From: Albugo candida
Lineage: Eukaryota
Direction of reading: 5' to 3'
Length of the DNA stretch: 64,000 bases
Assembly (NCBI GenBank): GCA_040437565.1
Contig: JBDOQK010000025.1
Coordinates: 248,001-312,000, forward strand
Below, piece after piece: positions 1 through 11,347 of the stretch. The position numbers were made by a program, and so were the translations under genes. The notes beneath the pieces are model-generated. The model made no database searches. It saw only the letters and a program-made list of their open reading frames with translations, and was not told the origin of the DNA. The stretch's first letter is position 1; each line of letters opens with the position of its first letter.

Positions 1-178
1 TATATCTATCACTCGGCTGCATCGACTTCGAAGGTCGATTTTGGCTACAATCCACTCTGTAGGCAGACATTCGATACTATAGTGTTGCTTTTGAAATACC
101 CAAGTATACAATTTAGGCTACCAAGATGGGTGAGTTGCCAGGAGAATTTTCAAAATGTTACGAATGAATTTGCAATAG

Positions 179-768
179 TGTAACGCCGGCATGAGGAAGT
201 GATAGTAAGCAAAGGAAGATAATCTGGCGGAGCTCTATTTGCTAAAAATTGGAAAGTGAGATTTTTAATTAAAGAATCCTGCTTCACCTATCTTATTGGC
301 TAGTCCAGTTCTCCAACTAAATATGAACTATGCATGCATGTACAGTGGAGGTTGTTACATCCTCCCGGAATTGACTTCTCGTTGTCGTTTCTTGAAATCG
401 GCGATGAGAACATTCCAATGAGAAACATGACGAATATCTTGCTCCCGCTCCCATGTAGCTTCGTGCTCGAGTAATCCATACCATTTCACGAGCCATTCAG
501 GTATACAGTTGAGTTGACGCTTCTGAAGAAGCTGTTTAATGATGTGCATCGTGTCACCACTGTCCTCGTCAAAAATAAGTCGGGNNNNNNNNNNNNNNNN
601 NNNNNNNNNNNNNNNNNNNNNNNNNNNNNNNNNNNNNNNNNNNNNNNNNNNNNNNNNNNNNNNNNNNNNNNNNNNNNNNNNNNNAATCCTGGTTCACCTA
701 TCTGATTGGCTAATCCAGTTCTCCAATCATATAGAACTATGATTGCATGTACAATCGAGGTTGTTACA
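179..768 (-). mobile_element. Ty3/gypsy chromovirus LTR retrotransposon; interior collapsed into the N gap at 585-684
   Basis: LTR 179-359 is bounded by TGTAAC...GTTACA. A second, partial LTR at 685-768 ends in GTTGTTACA. The 5-bp duplication AATAG flanks both ends (174-178, 769-773). A purine tract (GGGAGGA on -) abuts the LTR, and a chromodomain ORF lies inside. Confidence 0.9.
355..584 (-). CDS. C-terminal chromodomain of gypsy integrase (fragment)
   Basis: EWLVKWYGLLEHEATWERE is a chromodomain signature. The ORF runs out of the N gap, and its stop overlaps the LTR start (ATG TAA CAAC). Confidence 0.85.
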
Positions 769-773
769 AATAG

Positions 774-3376
774 CCGATGTAGACGAGGTCCTCATTTGAT
801 CTAAGTCGTTCATTACCAGTTACTGGCGATAACGCATCCATGTGTCGAAACAATGATTCAATCTTGCTGTAATATGATCAGACAACAACGTCGAATTCCT
901 GATGCCCCCCGTGTTCAGAATCAATCTCACAAGAAAACATCTAGACGTTTGTATTGATCTAAAGAAGTGCGCCTTCGGAGCATTCATCAAAGAAGGTCCA
1001 ACACATCTTAGGTCGCATTCACCATGCCTTGATCCGGAATAATAGGGTGATGACTCGAGGGTTGTCTGTTTCTAGGAATATAGCTGTCTGGTTTCATCAG
1101 AAGCTTACGAATATTGTTCTTGACTCTAATGCAAAATCAACCGCCGTCGACGAAATTCTCGTGTGTGATCAAATTGGCATGTTTACCGGGTTCATCGCAT
1201 GCATCGCGACAGACAATTTGTTTTCCAACAAAACTTGAACAAAATATTGTAGCCATCGAGTTCTGCTGCTGTTACATTGTGATCGTGCTTATATTGAAAT
1301 GAAATTGCTGGCTTTTATAGTGGAAGCAGCTTTTCATTCTTCACGAAGTTTAATTTGGATGGAGTAGGGGAACTTTTTTCAGCAAAAGCATTATATCAAA
1401 AGAAAGGGCCACAGGTTACCGTCCAGAACTGATATGTCGAATTACTGAATATCACGCAATGATTACAAAGCGATAGAAACAACTTCAGCAATTCGTGTCA
1501 AATATCAAATATATATGGTACGCTATAAGCATATTTCATCAAAGCAAGTCAAATATTGAGGTCGGATCCTTAGCTACTGCATTTCCTCAACCCCGATTCA
1601 AACCGTTTATGTGTGAAGCAACTCTGCTGCACTTGAGAAAAGGCGTGAAGATTACTTTATGGAGATTGTGAAGGCCAGTTCCGTCATGTAGCTGCCAAGA
1701 AGGTTTCTGACAATACTGTCTGATAGTAGTCACCGCACCTACTTCAAACGCATTCGTTGTGAATTACTCCATCTCCCGAAAAGGCCTTGATAGCTGTGTG
1801 TGATAGGCATAATCGGTCGAAATCAGGATCTGCATTTGCACGGCAGCAAAAAATTACGCGGCAATATTGAAGAACGCAGACGACCCTCACGTTTACGGAT
1901 ATAAGGAACTGTCTGCAAAGCGACTTGAAAGTCATTTGTAGCAATTATCATAATTCAAACTTAGAACATCCGTATAAGCAATTAATGAGGAAAAAAGGAT
2001 AAAGCTACGCATCTTGATCCATCTATATCGAAGATAACAATCACTTCGGAATATTTGGAACCTTTCTGGTTTAGCTGGAGGCTGCTGGTGTTTTAACGAT
2101 GCAGTCACATAGGCGACAAGTAGTAAAAGTAAAACAGGAGGATTCGCCCACGTATCTGACGTGCATAAACATGGTGGACTTCAGAGGGAGCCAGTGTTTT
2201 TTTAGGGATTCAGAAGCTATACAACTAATGTTAGTATGTGTTTGCAGGCTTGGGCGATTCGAACGCTTCAGCGAGTTATCAATCAATCTGAATGGATGAA
2301 ATGCGAAGCTGGCGAAGCTAGTGATCAATGGAATTCCGACGTAATCGATGATGAAGTGGAACTTACATTTGCTCTATGCCTTAATCTATTTCTTCTCGTT
2401 NNNNNNNNNNNNNNNNNNNNNNNNNNNNNNNNNNNNNNNNNNNNNNNNNNNNNNNNNNNNNNNNNNNNNNNNNNNNNNNNNNNNNNNNNNNNNNNNNNNN
2501 ATCTGAATGGATGAAATGCGAAGCTGGCGAAGCTAGTGATCAATGGAATTCCGACGTAATCGATGATGAAGTGGAACTTACATTTGCTCTATGCCTTAAT
2601 CTATTTCTTCTCGTTATATGTTCCTGTTTCCAAGTATCATTGCCAATCTTATGAACCGAGCTTGTGCAATGTCAGCATCACATTGTTCCATGACTAATTT
2701 TCATTTCCGTGTGACAATTCCTAATGGATTGGCTCTGACTCGAGTATATACCGAATCAGCTAACTTTTGAAATTTCCAAACGCCGGGAGAAGTCGCGGAA
2801 TTCTCCAATGAGACTTTTGGCTTGAAATCGTGGAAATGAGGAGATGCACGGTTTTTAGCAATGATGTGTTTTAATCAACTACCGAATTGCGGAAGTTGAA
2901 AAGTTGACCGCTGATGCGACTAGAAAGCACAGCTTGTTGATTCTTACTGTGTTATGATAGTCGTGTTTCACCAAAGGTGTCTTGATAGGCTAATATCACG
3001 GTTGTACAGAAATCATTTACCTTTTCAGTACAAGCTCACAAATGAGGTGATCAGCCCTAAGTTTAGAATCAGAATTGCACTGCGGCTGAATAGTTGATGT
3101 ACAAATGGATAATACAGGGATAATACAGAACATTTTAGCGAGGCATCCTGCAGAATGCGCTGCAACGCACCTCAGAACGCTCCTTGACCAAGACTCAAGC
3201 ACCCACTTCTTGAAAATAGCATGAGTGGATCAAGCGAAAAACATATGTCTTGCTCATCGACAGGAGATTTCCTGTCGATGAAGAATAGCAATAAGCTCAA
3301 TGCACAATTCGTGGCATAATTAACTGTGCATTCTACATCGCAAAACAACATAACAAACAAAATACTTTTCTATCAT
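774..3376 (-). pseudogene. Possible decayed CCG-like Cys-module gene, divergent from the intact CCG gene
   Basis: Minus-strand motifs: C-F-H-Y (TAT, one change from Cys; 1317-1328) in frame with CRDAC (1197-1211); N-C-Y-K-stop (1932-1943); TCRLC near 2110; a frameshifted CHE/C near 3305-3316. Many stops; boundaries uncertain. Confidence 0.35.
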
Positions 3377-3689
3377 GTAATTTTCTATAAATAAAACATA
3401 GACCAGACACAAATTGTCAGATGCCGACGCATACCTATACAATCCGTTTCACACAAAGAATATACCAAGAAAATTAATCGAATCGTGGCGTCGCTCATCT
3501 CTAGACACCTTGGATGCCGGCTTTCTTCTGAGTATTTTGAAATTGATTTTCACAAATTACGATAATACCATCGCTACTGACTGCATATTATTTACCTATC
3601 AATGTACTGTATAATCATTAAGTCATCACGATACGTTATGAGCTATGCGAGATTATCCATTACAATTTGTTCATAATCCAACTTTCGAA

Positions 3690-5459
3690 ATGAAGTCGAC
3701 CTGTTTTCTTGGCATAGCCGTACTTGATCATCTAATTGGGTGTTTCGCTGGTCAGCTGGGCTTGATGAAAATCACCGTGCAAACAAAGAATTTTGAAGTC
3801 TGCCAGCGATGCTTATTGGAAGACGCGGGTGCACTTTTCGTTGAAGAATACGGGAAAGATACGCGTAGAAGCACAAGCTACTTCGTTGTGGGATTAGTAG
3901 ATTATATCAAAACTAATCTTATAAAATGCTACACTCCGCGACTATGTCGAGGCCTTCAGCGCACACCAGTCATCTCGAAAATTGAAGAGGGGGAGCAATC
4001 AATATTTGGTATCAACGTGGACCGGTTGTCCTCAAAATCAGTAGGCTGTCAGACGAAATCGGAGACTTCTTTAATGCTTAGCAATGAAAGCGTAGATCAA
4101 ACAAGTCTGATTTCAAGTGAAAAGAAGTCGAAACCATTGTGCCTTCTCAGGCCCAACAATTCCTATTCCTTTTTATGTGAAGCATGCTTCAAAAAGAAGA
4201 GCGATACCGGCAGCATGGAAAAGTACACCACCTATTTTATGGAGAGGAGTGAAGTATATGTGATATACACATCGGATACTGACAATTTCATCGAGTTGTG
4301 CCACGAATTTCAAATGTGCAGCGGGCATACCATTGTTTTTCCAGATAATCTTTGTACGATTTTTAAACACAAAATATCGCCAGCAAAATCGCAGGGAGAA
4401 AGCGCTGACACGCTTCCACATGTGAATAATGGGAATGATAATTTTCAGATTTGGCCCGTAAATTCCAATGAAAAGTATGACTTGGAAGCTCTGGCGAAGA
4501 TGCATCATGCCATTTTACTTCAGTCGTACTGCGTTTCAACAATAAGAGCGCATGATCGTGGTCAAAGTTGCTGGTGGTGCTTGCAGAAGCTATCTGGAGG
4601 AATGGTTGTGCTGGATAGAGTAAAAACATTTGGAAGCGGTGATAAAGGGGAACAATTTCTCGTTTATCTGCTCGCCAATAGTTTCTCTGACCTAGTTCTG
4701 ACCAATTGCGAAGTCGGTTGTGGTAAAGTTGACTTGAGCCATGACTGCATGTTGGATGCCGTCCATACAGACAATTTGACACCTACTTATGACATTTTCG
4801 CAATAATGAGACGGAAGGAATCTGTACAGCAGGTTACTCGTGTATCAGATCTTTATGGTGAGTGCTTTCTGATACAGCACTTGCACGACGAAGATTATAA
4901 ATGCCGTGCGTGCTTTCCAGATAGTGCAATTCACGAACTTTCGTCACTAGCATTCTTACTGTCACTATCTGAAGATACAAACAGTGCCTTTGATCTGAAG
5001 TGTCTTTTTTCAGTAGAATCAAGATGCATGGCCATACACGTTATGCCTTATTTAATATGCTCTCATGAACTCAATCGCATAAAGATCAACACCGATTTGA
5101 ATCTGCGTTTGCATGGAGATGATGCAAGTTCATCAGTCAGCGCGACCAGCCATGTTGAAGCAAAAGTGACTTTATACAACTGGACGGACGAAGAAAATAA
5201 TGACAAAGATAAGTTGATAGAATGCTTCCAATGTCTTACGCGGAAGAGAAGTGTTGTCGTTCTTTCTGTGTCGAATCAGTACTTATGGATGGTGGAATAT
5301 AAGTTGGGTTTCCCAGATTGTCCGCCTTGCGGGGACAAGATGAAACCAGGGCCTCAGATTCCATATAATCACAATCTTCGGCAGATACTTGCCCAAGATG
5401 TACACCTTTCTTTTGGTATTGTCCAGGAAAACAAAAAACGCAAACAGGATGTGCATTAA
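3690..5459 (+). CDS. Secreted CCG-class (CxxCxxxxxG) effector candidate, 589 aa from the ATG at 3690
   Basis: Single-exon ORF. Signal-peptide-like N-terminus MKSTCFLGIAVLDHLIGCFAG; CQRCLLEDAG at residues 38-47 (nt 3801-3830); repeated CxxC modules; basic KKRK tail. An in-frame upstream ATG at 3645 precedes the signal peptide. Confidence 0.85.
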   Translation: MKSTCFLGIAVLDHLIGCFAGQLGLMKITVQTKNFEVCQRCLLEDAGALFVEEYGKDTRRSTSYFVVGLVDYIKTNLIKCYTPRLCRGLQRTPVISKIEEGEQSIFGINVDRLSSKSVGCQTKSETSLMLSNESVDQTSLISSEKKSKPLCLLRPNNSYSFLCEACFKKKSDTGSMEKYTTYFMERSEVYVIYTSDTDNFIELCHEFQMCSGHTIVFPDNLCTIFKHKISPAKSQGESADTLPHVNNGNDNFQIWPVNSNEKYDLEALAKMHHAILLQSYCVSTIRAHDRGQSCWWCLQKLSGGMVVLDRVKTFGSGDKGEQFLVYLLANSFSDLVLTNCEVGCGKVDLSHDCMLDAVHTDNLTPTYDIFAIMRRKESVQQVTRVSDLYGECFLIQHLHDEDYKCRACFPDSAIHELSSLAFLLSLSEDTNSAFDLKCLFSVESRCMAIHVMPYLICSHELNRIKINTDLNLRLHGDDASSSVSATSHVEAKVTLYNWTDEENNDKDKLIECFQCLTRKRSVVVLSVSNQYLWMVEYKLGFPDCPPCGDKMKPGPQIPYNHNLRQILAQDVHLSFGIVQENKKRKQDVH

Positions 5460-7499
5460 GTGGTGACTCGTCGGGATAGCATGACCTCAAGATCAATCCT
5501 AAAATGATACACTTCAAGCTCTGGTGATAAACGTGCAAAATAAAATAAATTACAGCATTGCGATTTGTGATGTGTGACTCTTTGTCTAAACAATGCAATT
5601 CCCATCAGTTTTTCCTCTTTAGAGCAAGCTATATTCATTTACAATAATGGCAAAAAATAAAGTCATTGTAAAATTTGTTGTGTAGGAACCTTGCGATTCT
5701 CTAATCGATGTGGAAAGATTATTATGATAAATTTCTGCATTCAATTTCACTTTTGTGCTGTCTTTCCATGCATAGAGATCGACACATTATCACAGGCTAC
5801 AACTTTGCTTGGCAATTGTACCTCTTACTGGTACGTTTATACGCCAGAATGCGAACTGTCAACTTCAAGCCACGATTGATCGCGACACATCAGCAGTATC
5901 AGGTGATATAAAAGCTCTGCATAGATTGCCTAGCAACACACTCTTCTGGATCAAGGGATCATGCTAAAAATGTTGGTTTACTTTACATTTTTGGTCAGCA
6001 TGGAAGGCATTTGATGGGTTGAAGAGGAGTTATATCACGTAAGAGAGTGGCGTGAACCAAAATGCAAGTACACCACCGCATAAGAATCTATCTCGCGTAA
6101 GCATTTAAAGGAGCATTAGACCAAACACTTATCAGGGTGCATAATCTAACAGATATATGAATTCATACTGTGTGCGAATTAGATGTAGTTGACGTCGGTC
6201 AATCATATTAGAGAAGTGCCAGCGGTATCCACCCGCGCATTCGTCAAATGACGTTACGCATGTCAGTACTAATAAAATCGAAAGACCGATACGTCTGTCA
6301 AACACCCATACCATCCTGTCAGTAAAACTCAGTTGCTACATCACATCACACAAAATAAAGCAGAGAAGTGGTTGACGAGACGATATATAGGCGTTCCTCT
6401 TCCAAGTCACTACATCAGCTTGTCTGATGTTTATGTCACGTCTAGTAATTGTTTCAAGTTGCGTGACATTAACTAGATTGGAGGGTGTTTTTCAAGAGAA
6501 ATAAAGCAATTACTTTCATTATCATATTCGCCTTTGGTATAAGCAGGCTTTCTAGCTCTAGTCTTAGTCAAGCAAAGGATAAGTTATCATAAAAATAACT
6601 GTCACGCATGCTGCGGCACTTCGCGATTGATCACAAAAATTTTGCTACAGCCAGATTGAAATTCATGGGAAGCGAATAAATGTATGATCGAGCATTGCCT
6701 TAACACACGTTTCAAGAGATAGAGAAATTGGGCTATTTTGTGCAATGTAGCGCAATTTTAAGCTGGCAGAAGTTACGGGAAGCGTGTTTTCAGTGACGGG
6801 AAATGACAAATTTAGCCTCCTTGACCAAGAAAATGCGATAAAAAAGAAGTAGCTGGACAAAAAATGTGAGGCGATAGATACACGAGTATATCGGCATGAA
6901 GCAGGCACGTGTTTATCCAAGGCCGATTCAGCTATAATACACCTCGAAGATGGCAATGAGAACAAAGTTGATCGATGATGATCAAATGAACCAAAGTACT
7001 GTACAGTGAGGTCGCAGCACTGACCACATCATTGAATATAGATAAAGTAAAATGGCAGTGAATAAGGTACTGGAGGTATGATTGAAGTCAGACTACTAGC
7101 TTTCTCGAATAAAAACAGAAGAGAACTGAGAATTGTTGCGGAGATGTAATTTGATGTTAATTACACCGGATGCCCAGAACCAAAATAGTAATATCCTGGG
7201 ATATTCTGGCGAGGGGTCGCTAAAGATGTCGCGTTTAGCAAGAGAAGTACATGAACGTTCTGGACAGCAATTCGGCTTTGTCAGCCCATCTTATCACGGT
7301 GAGGACAATTTTTCCACTTTATATTCGATGCGACCATCAGCTGAAGTCACATTAAAGCTAGCAGTGGTCACAGTACAAACACTTTTGGACCTCAAACCCG
7401 TTCTTTCTGATCTGGATGTTTATGAAGACACGGAGGCCAAGGGAATGTCACCGATCACGATTTGATTATTGCTCAAGATCAAATCGAATAAAGTCGCGT

Positions 7500-9826
7500 C
7501 TCTTGAGTACTTCGCTGCCACAAGTCAGTTTGGAGAGGTATGAAGCCGCTGTGAAGCAATAATTTCTGTGGAAAGCTGGCGAGCAAAGTCCAAGATAACA
7601 CAGCCTACGACATTAAAATGCTTCTTTTGAGTTCGCTTGTCAGATTCGAGTCTTACGCGTTTGGTGTTATTACAAAGCCGCCGAGTTGGATGATGGGTGC
7701 AGCTCATTATTACGTTGCTGCTTTATGCTTCAAAAAGAGTGTTAAATTGCAACCAGTAATCCCAGCGGTTTGATGATCATTGAACCTGCTGCAGATAATG
7801 CGCATACTACGCAATGAAGTTATGGTTCTATTATACTCCCTCAGACGATATTGATAAAAGGGTTCAAGTCTATACCCACAAGGTTCCACATTATTAGGAT
7901 GTAGTAGCTGCTCGAAAATATCCTGAAGCTCTTTTTTGTTGGTTGCTTGAGTGATTGTACTTCCATGTAATCAATGAAGAATAGAATATCGACGTTGCGC
8001 AAGAACTGCACAATGGAGCTGCAATCGCTAATGTGTCGTTCTTTGGGATCCATTTTCTATCCCAGAGACAGAGTCGAGTGAGATCATGATGATGCCTTTC
8101 AATACCATCANNNNNNNNNNNNNNNNNNNNNNNNNNNNNNNNNNNNNNNNNNNNNNNNNNNNNNNNNNNNNNNNNNNNNNNNNNNNNNNNNNNNNNNNNN
8201 NNNNNNNNNNCGTTGCGCAAGAACTGCACAATGGAGCTGCAATCGCTAATGTGTCGTTCTTTGGGATCCATTTTCTATCCCAGAGACAGAGTCGAGTGAG
8301 ATCATGATGATGCCTTTCAATACCATCAAAAAAGCTTCCGATCTCTTGTCGCGTCAATCGTAGGAGATTAACCGAATGGGAGTACTTCGGTCGAGACGTT
8401 CCGAAGAAACTAAAGTTCGTAAATTCTATACTGCAACTTCCCTGAGTCGTAGCAAACATTATCTTCTAATAAAGCGTCTAGTCTTTTCTCAGTCGTTGCG
8501 GACTCGTCACTTTTTTCGTAGCTAATTGTAACTTCTGCTACTGGAATCTGTCCATGCACACTAATGACCGCTTCCATTGAAAGTCAAGTCGCTATCTTTA
8601 CGATGCACTGTTTATATAGAGTCGTTACAAGCAGCTTCTCCGAAAATCATGTACAAATGACATCAGTAGCGGCTTCACCATCTTGTCGATTTCCACGAAG
8701 CCTGCAAAAGTTTCGGTAGTATTTCGACACGAAGGCGGGAGACGATGTAACATTTCATGAGTGAATTTTGCACCCAGAACGCCATCTTCACTCCAATTTT
8801 AAGGTCACGAGTGGGTGATGAGTATCTCCTCGTCTTCACACTTCGACCTTACGTCAATGGGAAGGTATCAATAACATTGAGCACGTGGTTGTACACAAAG
8901 AACGGGAGGCAGGATTCCAAGTAAAGTAAATCTGTGGATAAAATTTGTCCAAATTTGAGGCAGAGAGCAAGCTTCGGTTATTCACGGCGAGCAATTTTTG
9001 CTGTAAGATGGTCGTGAGACTGGCGAGAAGCGCGTCCGAGGGAATTGGCAGATAGTTATGTCCTTCTGCGTGTTCCGAGATGACATTATGAATTGTTTAC
9101 AAAGTGATGAGGTGCTGAACTTGAAACGCGTATGACAGCTCAGCTGCAGGGAGCCAGGCAGTAGTTCTGGTACAGCACCTGCAAAATGACATTAAGATGT
9201 TTTCTGCTTATTACGTCTGATCGTCCTTTTCTCCGGTCCGTTTCTTGAGAGACTGAGCTGCAACTTTCGCGGTATCCAAGTTCCACAAATCTGTATCACG
9301 GATAGGTAGCAGCACCTCTTGCTCTTCTTGATCTACAAGTGCGGCTCCATAATCCAATCTTCAATTCTAAGGATGACTTGCACTAAAATCGAGTAACAGT
9401 GTTTATGCAAGACGAAGAAACATAAAGTCGTACAGGTAATGCGAATTCACCTCATGAGCACACAAAGCGTATGCCATTGGCCTCGATCTCAGTAGCTTTA
9501 CTTACGGAAGAATACGCATTCCATTGCATCAAAGTTGTTTGTTTGCAGGAAAAGAACACAACTAGTGTACTGTGCATCTTCGTGTTTCACCTGCCTTTTT
9601 ATAGTTTGCTACCATGCTCGCTAAGTACGGTTCCGATGCTTTTTGGAGACGTTGTGCTAGTGTTGTAGGAATTCACAAATGAACGGCGTAAATAGCACAG
9701 CTTCAACATTGAACCATCAAATAATTTTAGCTCATAATCAAATAAGAAACAAAAATTGAGAGATTAGATCTTTTCGACACAACACGCATCACCAATGCAC
9801 GTCATGAAAATAAGACTAGTCGCATG
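7500..9826 (-). pseudogene. Possible decayed CCG-like relic
   Basis: Scattered minus-strand fragments resemble CCG modules: NYCLAPC (~9145-9165), SCRNTTETFAGFVEIDKMVK (~8670-8735), LCSSC (~8000). No long ORF. Confidence 0.25.
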
Positions 9827-11039
9827 ACTATCATTGCTTGGATTATATTGATCTGAAGAATGTTGGATGGAATTTTGTAAGTGTCAAGTTTTAATACAGG
9901 GTTCTCGCCAGGTAATTTCAGTAAGCTCGCTGTCGTCTTCGTAAGAAGCGATCCCTGACGTACATCTTCTTGCCGTATAATCTCTATCTATCTGGTCATG
10001 CTAGAGCGCAAAAGTGAAGTTCTGAAGGAGTTTAATCTAAATCAAATCAGGCAGTATGTCATTGACAGGATGATGGAAGCTGGCAAATCCATTTGGTCTG
10101 GATTGAAATGCGGTTAACCAAACAAAACAGCGATTGACACAAACTAGCTTGAAAAGGTCCAATGCCGTTTCGCCAAATGTGTTGTTGGCAGGCCACTAGA
10201 TCATTAAAATTCTTTATCAGCTGCAAAACAAGTGAACTTCTCTGACACAAAAGCAGCTGAGTTGATTGTTTCAAGACCTCATTTATAGCTAGAGGGTACT
10301 TTCTGAGATAAAACACAGTGGTCTGAAGTCAAATCATACAGGTGAGACGCACCGTCAATGTTTCTATCAATGTAGATTGAACAATAATATTCTTTGAGGT
10401 ATGATCACTTCTCAATTTGCCGGATACTAAGTAACCCGCTAATTTAGTAAAAACACCTCGAAAAAAACAGCTTTTTTCAACTCTTTCCTCTCGAAAACAA
10501 TGGTTCAAGTCGACATATCGACACAACCCAGGGTGCTAGCNNNNNNNNNNNNNNNNNNNNNNNNNNNNNNNNNNNNNNNNNNNNNNNNNNNNNNNNNNNN
10601 NNNNNNNNNNNNNNNNNNNNNNNNNNNNNNNNNNNNNNNNTACGGTCGGATTGGAAAGACTATTTCGAGATTATCTCAGAATTATGGCTTGCATTGCAAG
10701 CGGTGACACTGCACTTCATATGAACAGATCGGAATCGTCGTTTGTTCGATCAGCGATCAGCAACTCCGACAGTTCCAGCACTTTCTGTCATTTACACCAC
10801 GTTTAGTGCGCACGTTCGGTACTTTCGATGGCAGTGTTACGACCACGAGGAACACAGTCGGCTTGCAAAGGTGCTGGATCAACTAGTACAGCAAGGATCA
10901 TTTGGTGGATTTTTTTTGGAAACCGAAGATCATTACTGCCGGTACGGCTCAGGTGAGTGGAAAGGCAAGTGCAACTCAGATCCTAGTCCTAGTTGGCTGG
11001 TTGTGCTCACAGTAGTGTGGCGCGCACCAATTTGTAAAC

Positions 11040-11089
11040 CACGGTACTTTTGGACCATTTTACAGCACACGGTAGTTTTGGACCATTTT
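11040..11089. repeat. Two 22-bp direct repeats CACGGTA(C/G)TTTTGGACCATTTT with 28-bp period, followed by TTT(C/T)ACAAC-type repeats; possibly a transposon subterminal repeat
   Basis: Copies at 11040-11061 and 11068-11089 differ at one base. Confidence 0.8.
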
Positions 11090-11347
11090 TTCACAACTTT
11101 TTACAACTTTCAACATTCATCCGTTACACGATGGATACACTCTCTTACTGTAGTGGTTAACGCTACTGCACTGCAGGAGTAGCAACGAGGGACATATTAT
11201 TATCTCCCACAGGTATTTCACGAAACGTTTTTTATATGTATATATGTTATTTAAGATAGCCTTGGCAACTAGAGAAGTCAGTTAGTCTAATTCTAGTAAT
11301 ATAGACACCTTCAACTGGAGCTCTTTGGTCGTTCATTCATTGAGCTT

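Noticed and set aside
2286-2615. Direct repeat around the gap at 2401-2500
   Set aside because: Contig-overlap artefact.
7993-8328. Direct repeat around the gap at 8111-8210
   Set aside because: Contig-overlap artefact.
11040-11089. Possible CRISPR-like repeats
   Set aside because: Only two copies with a 6-bp spacer, no cas genes, and a eukaryotic context.
10742-11182. 146-aa ORF
   Set aside because: Non-ATG start, no recognisable motif, and it runs through repeat DNA.
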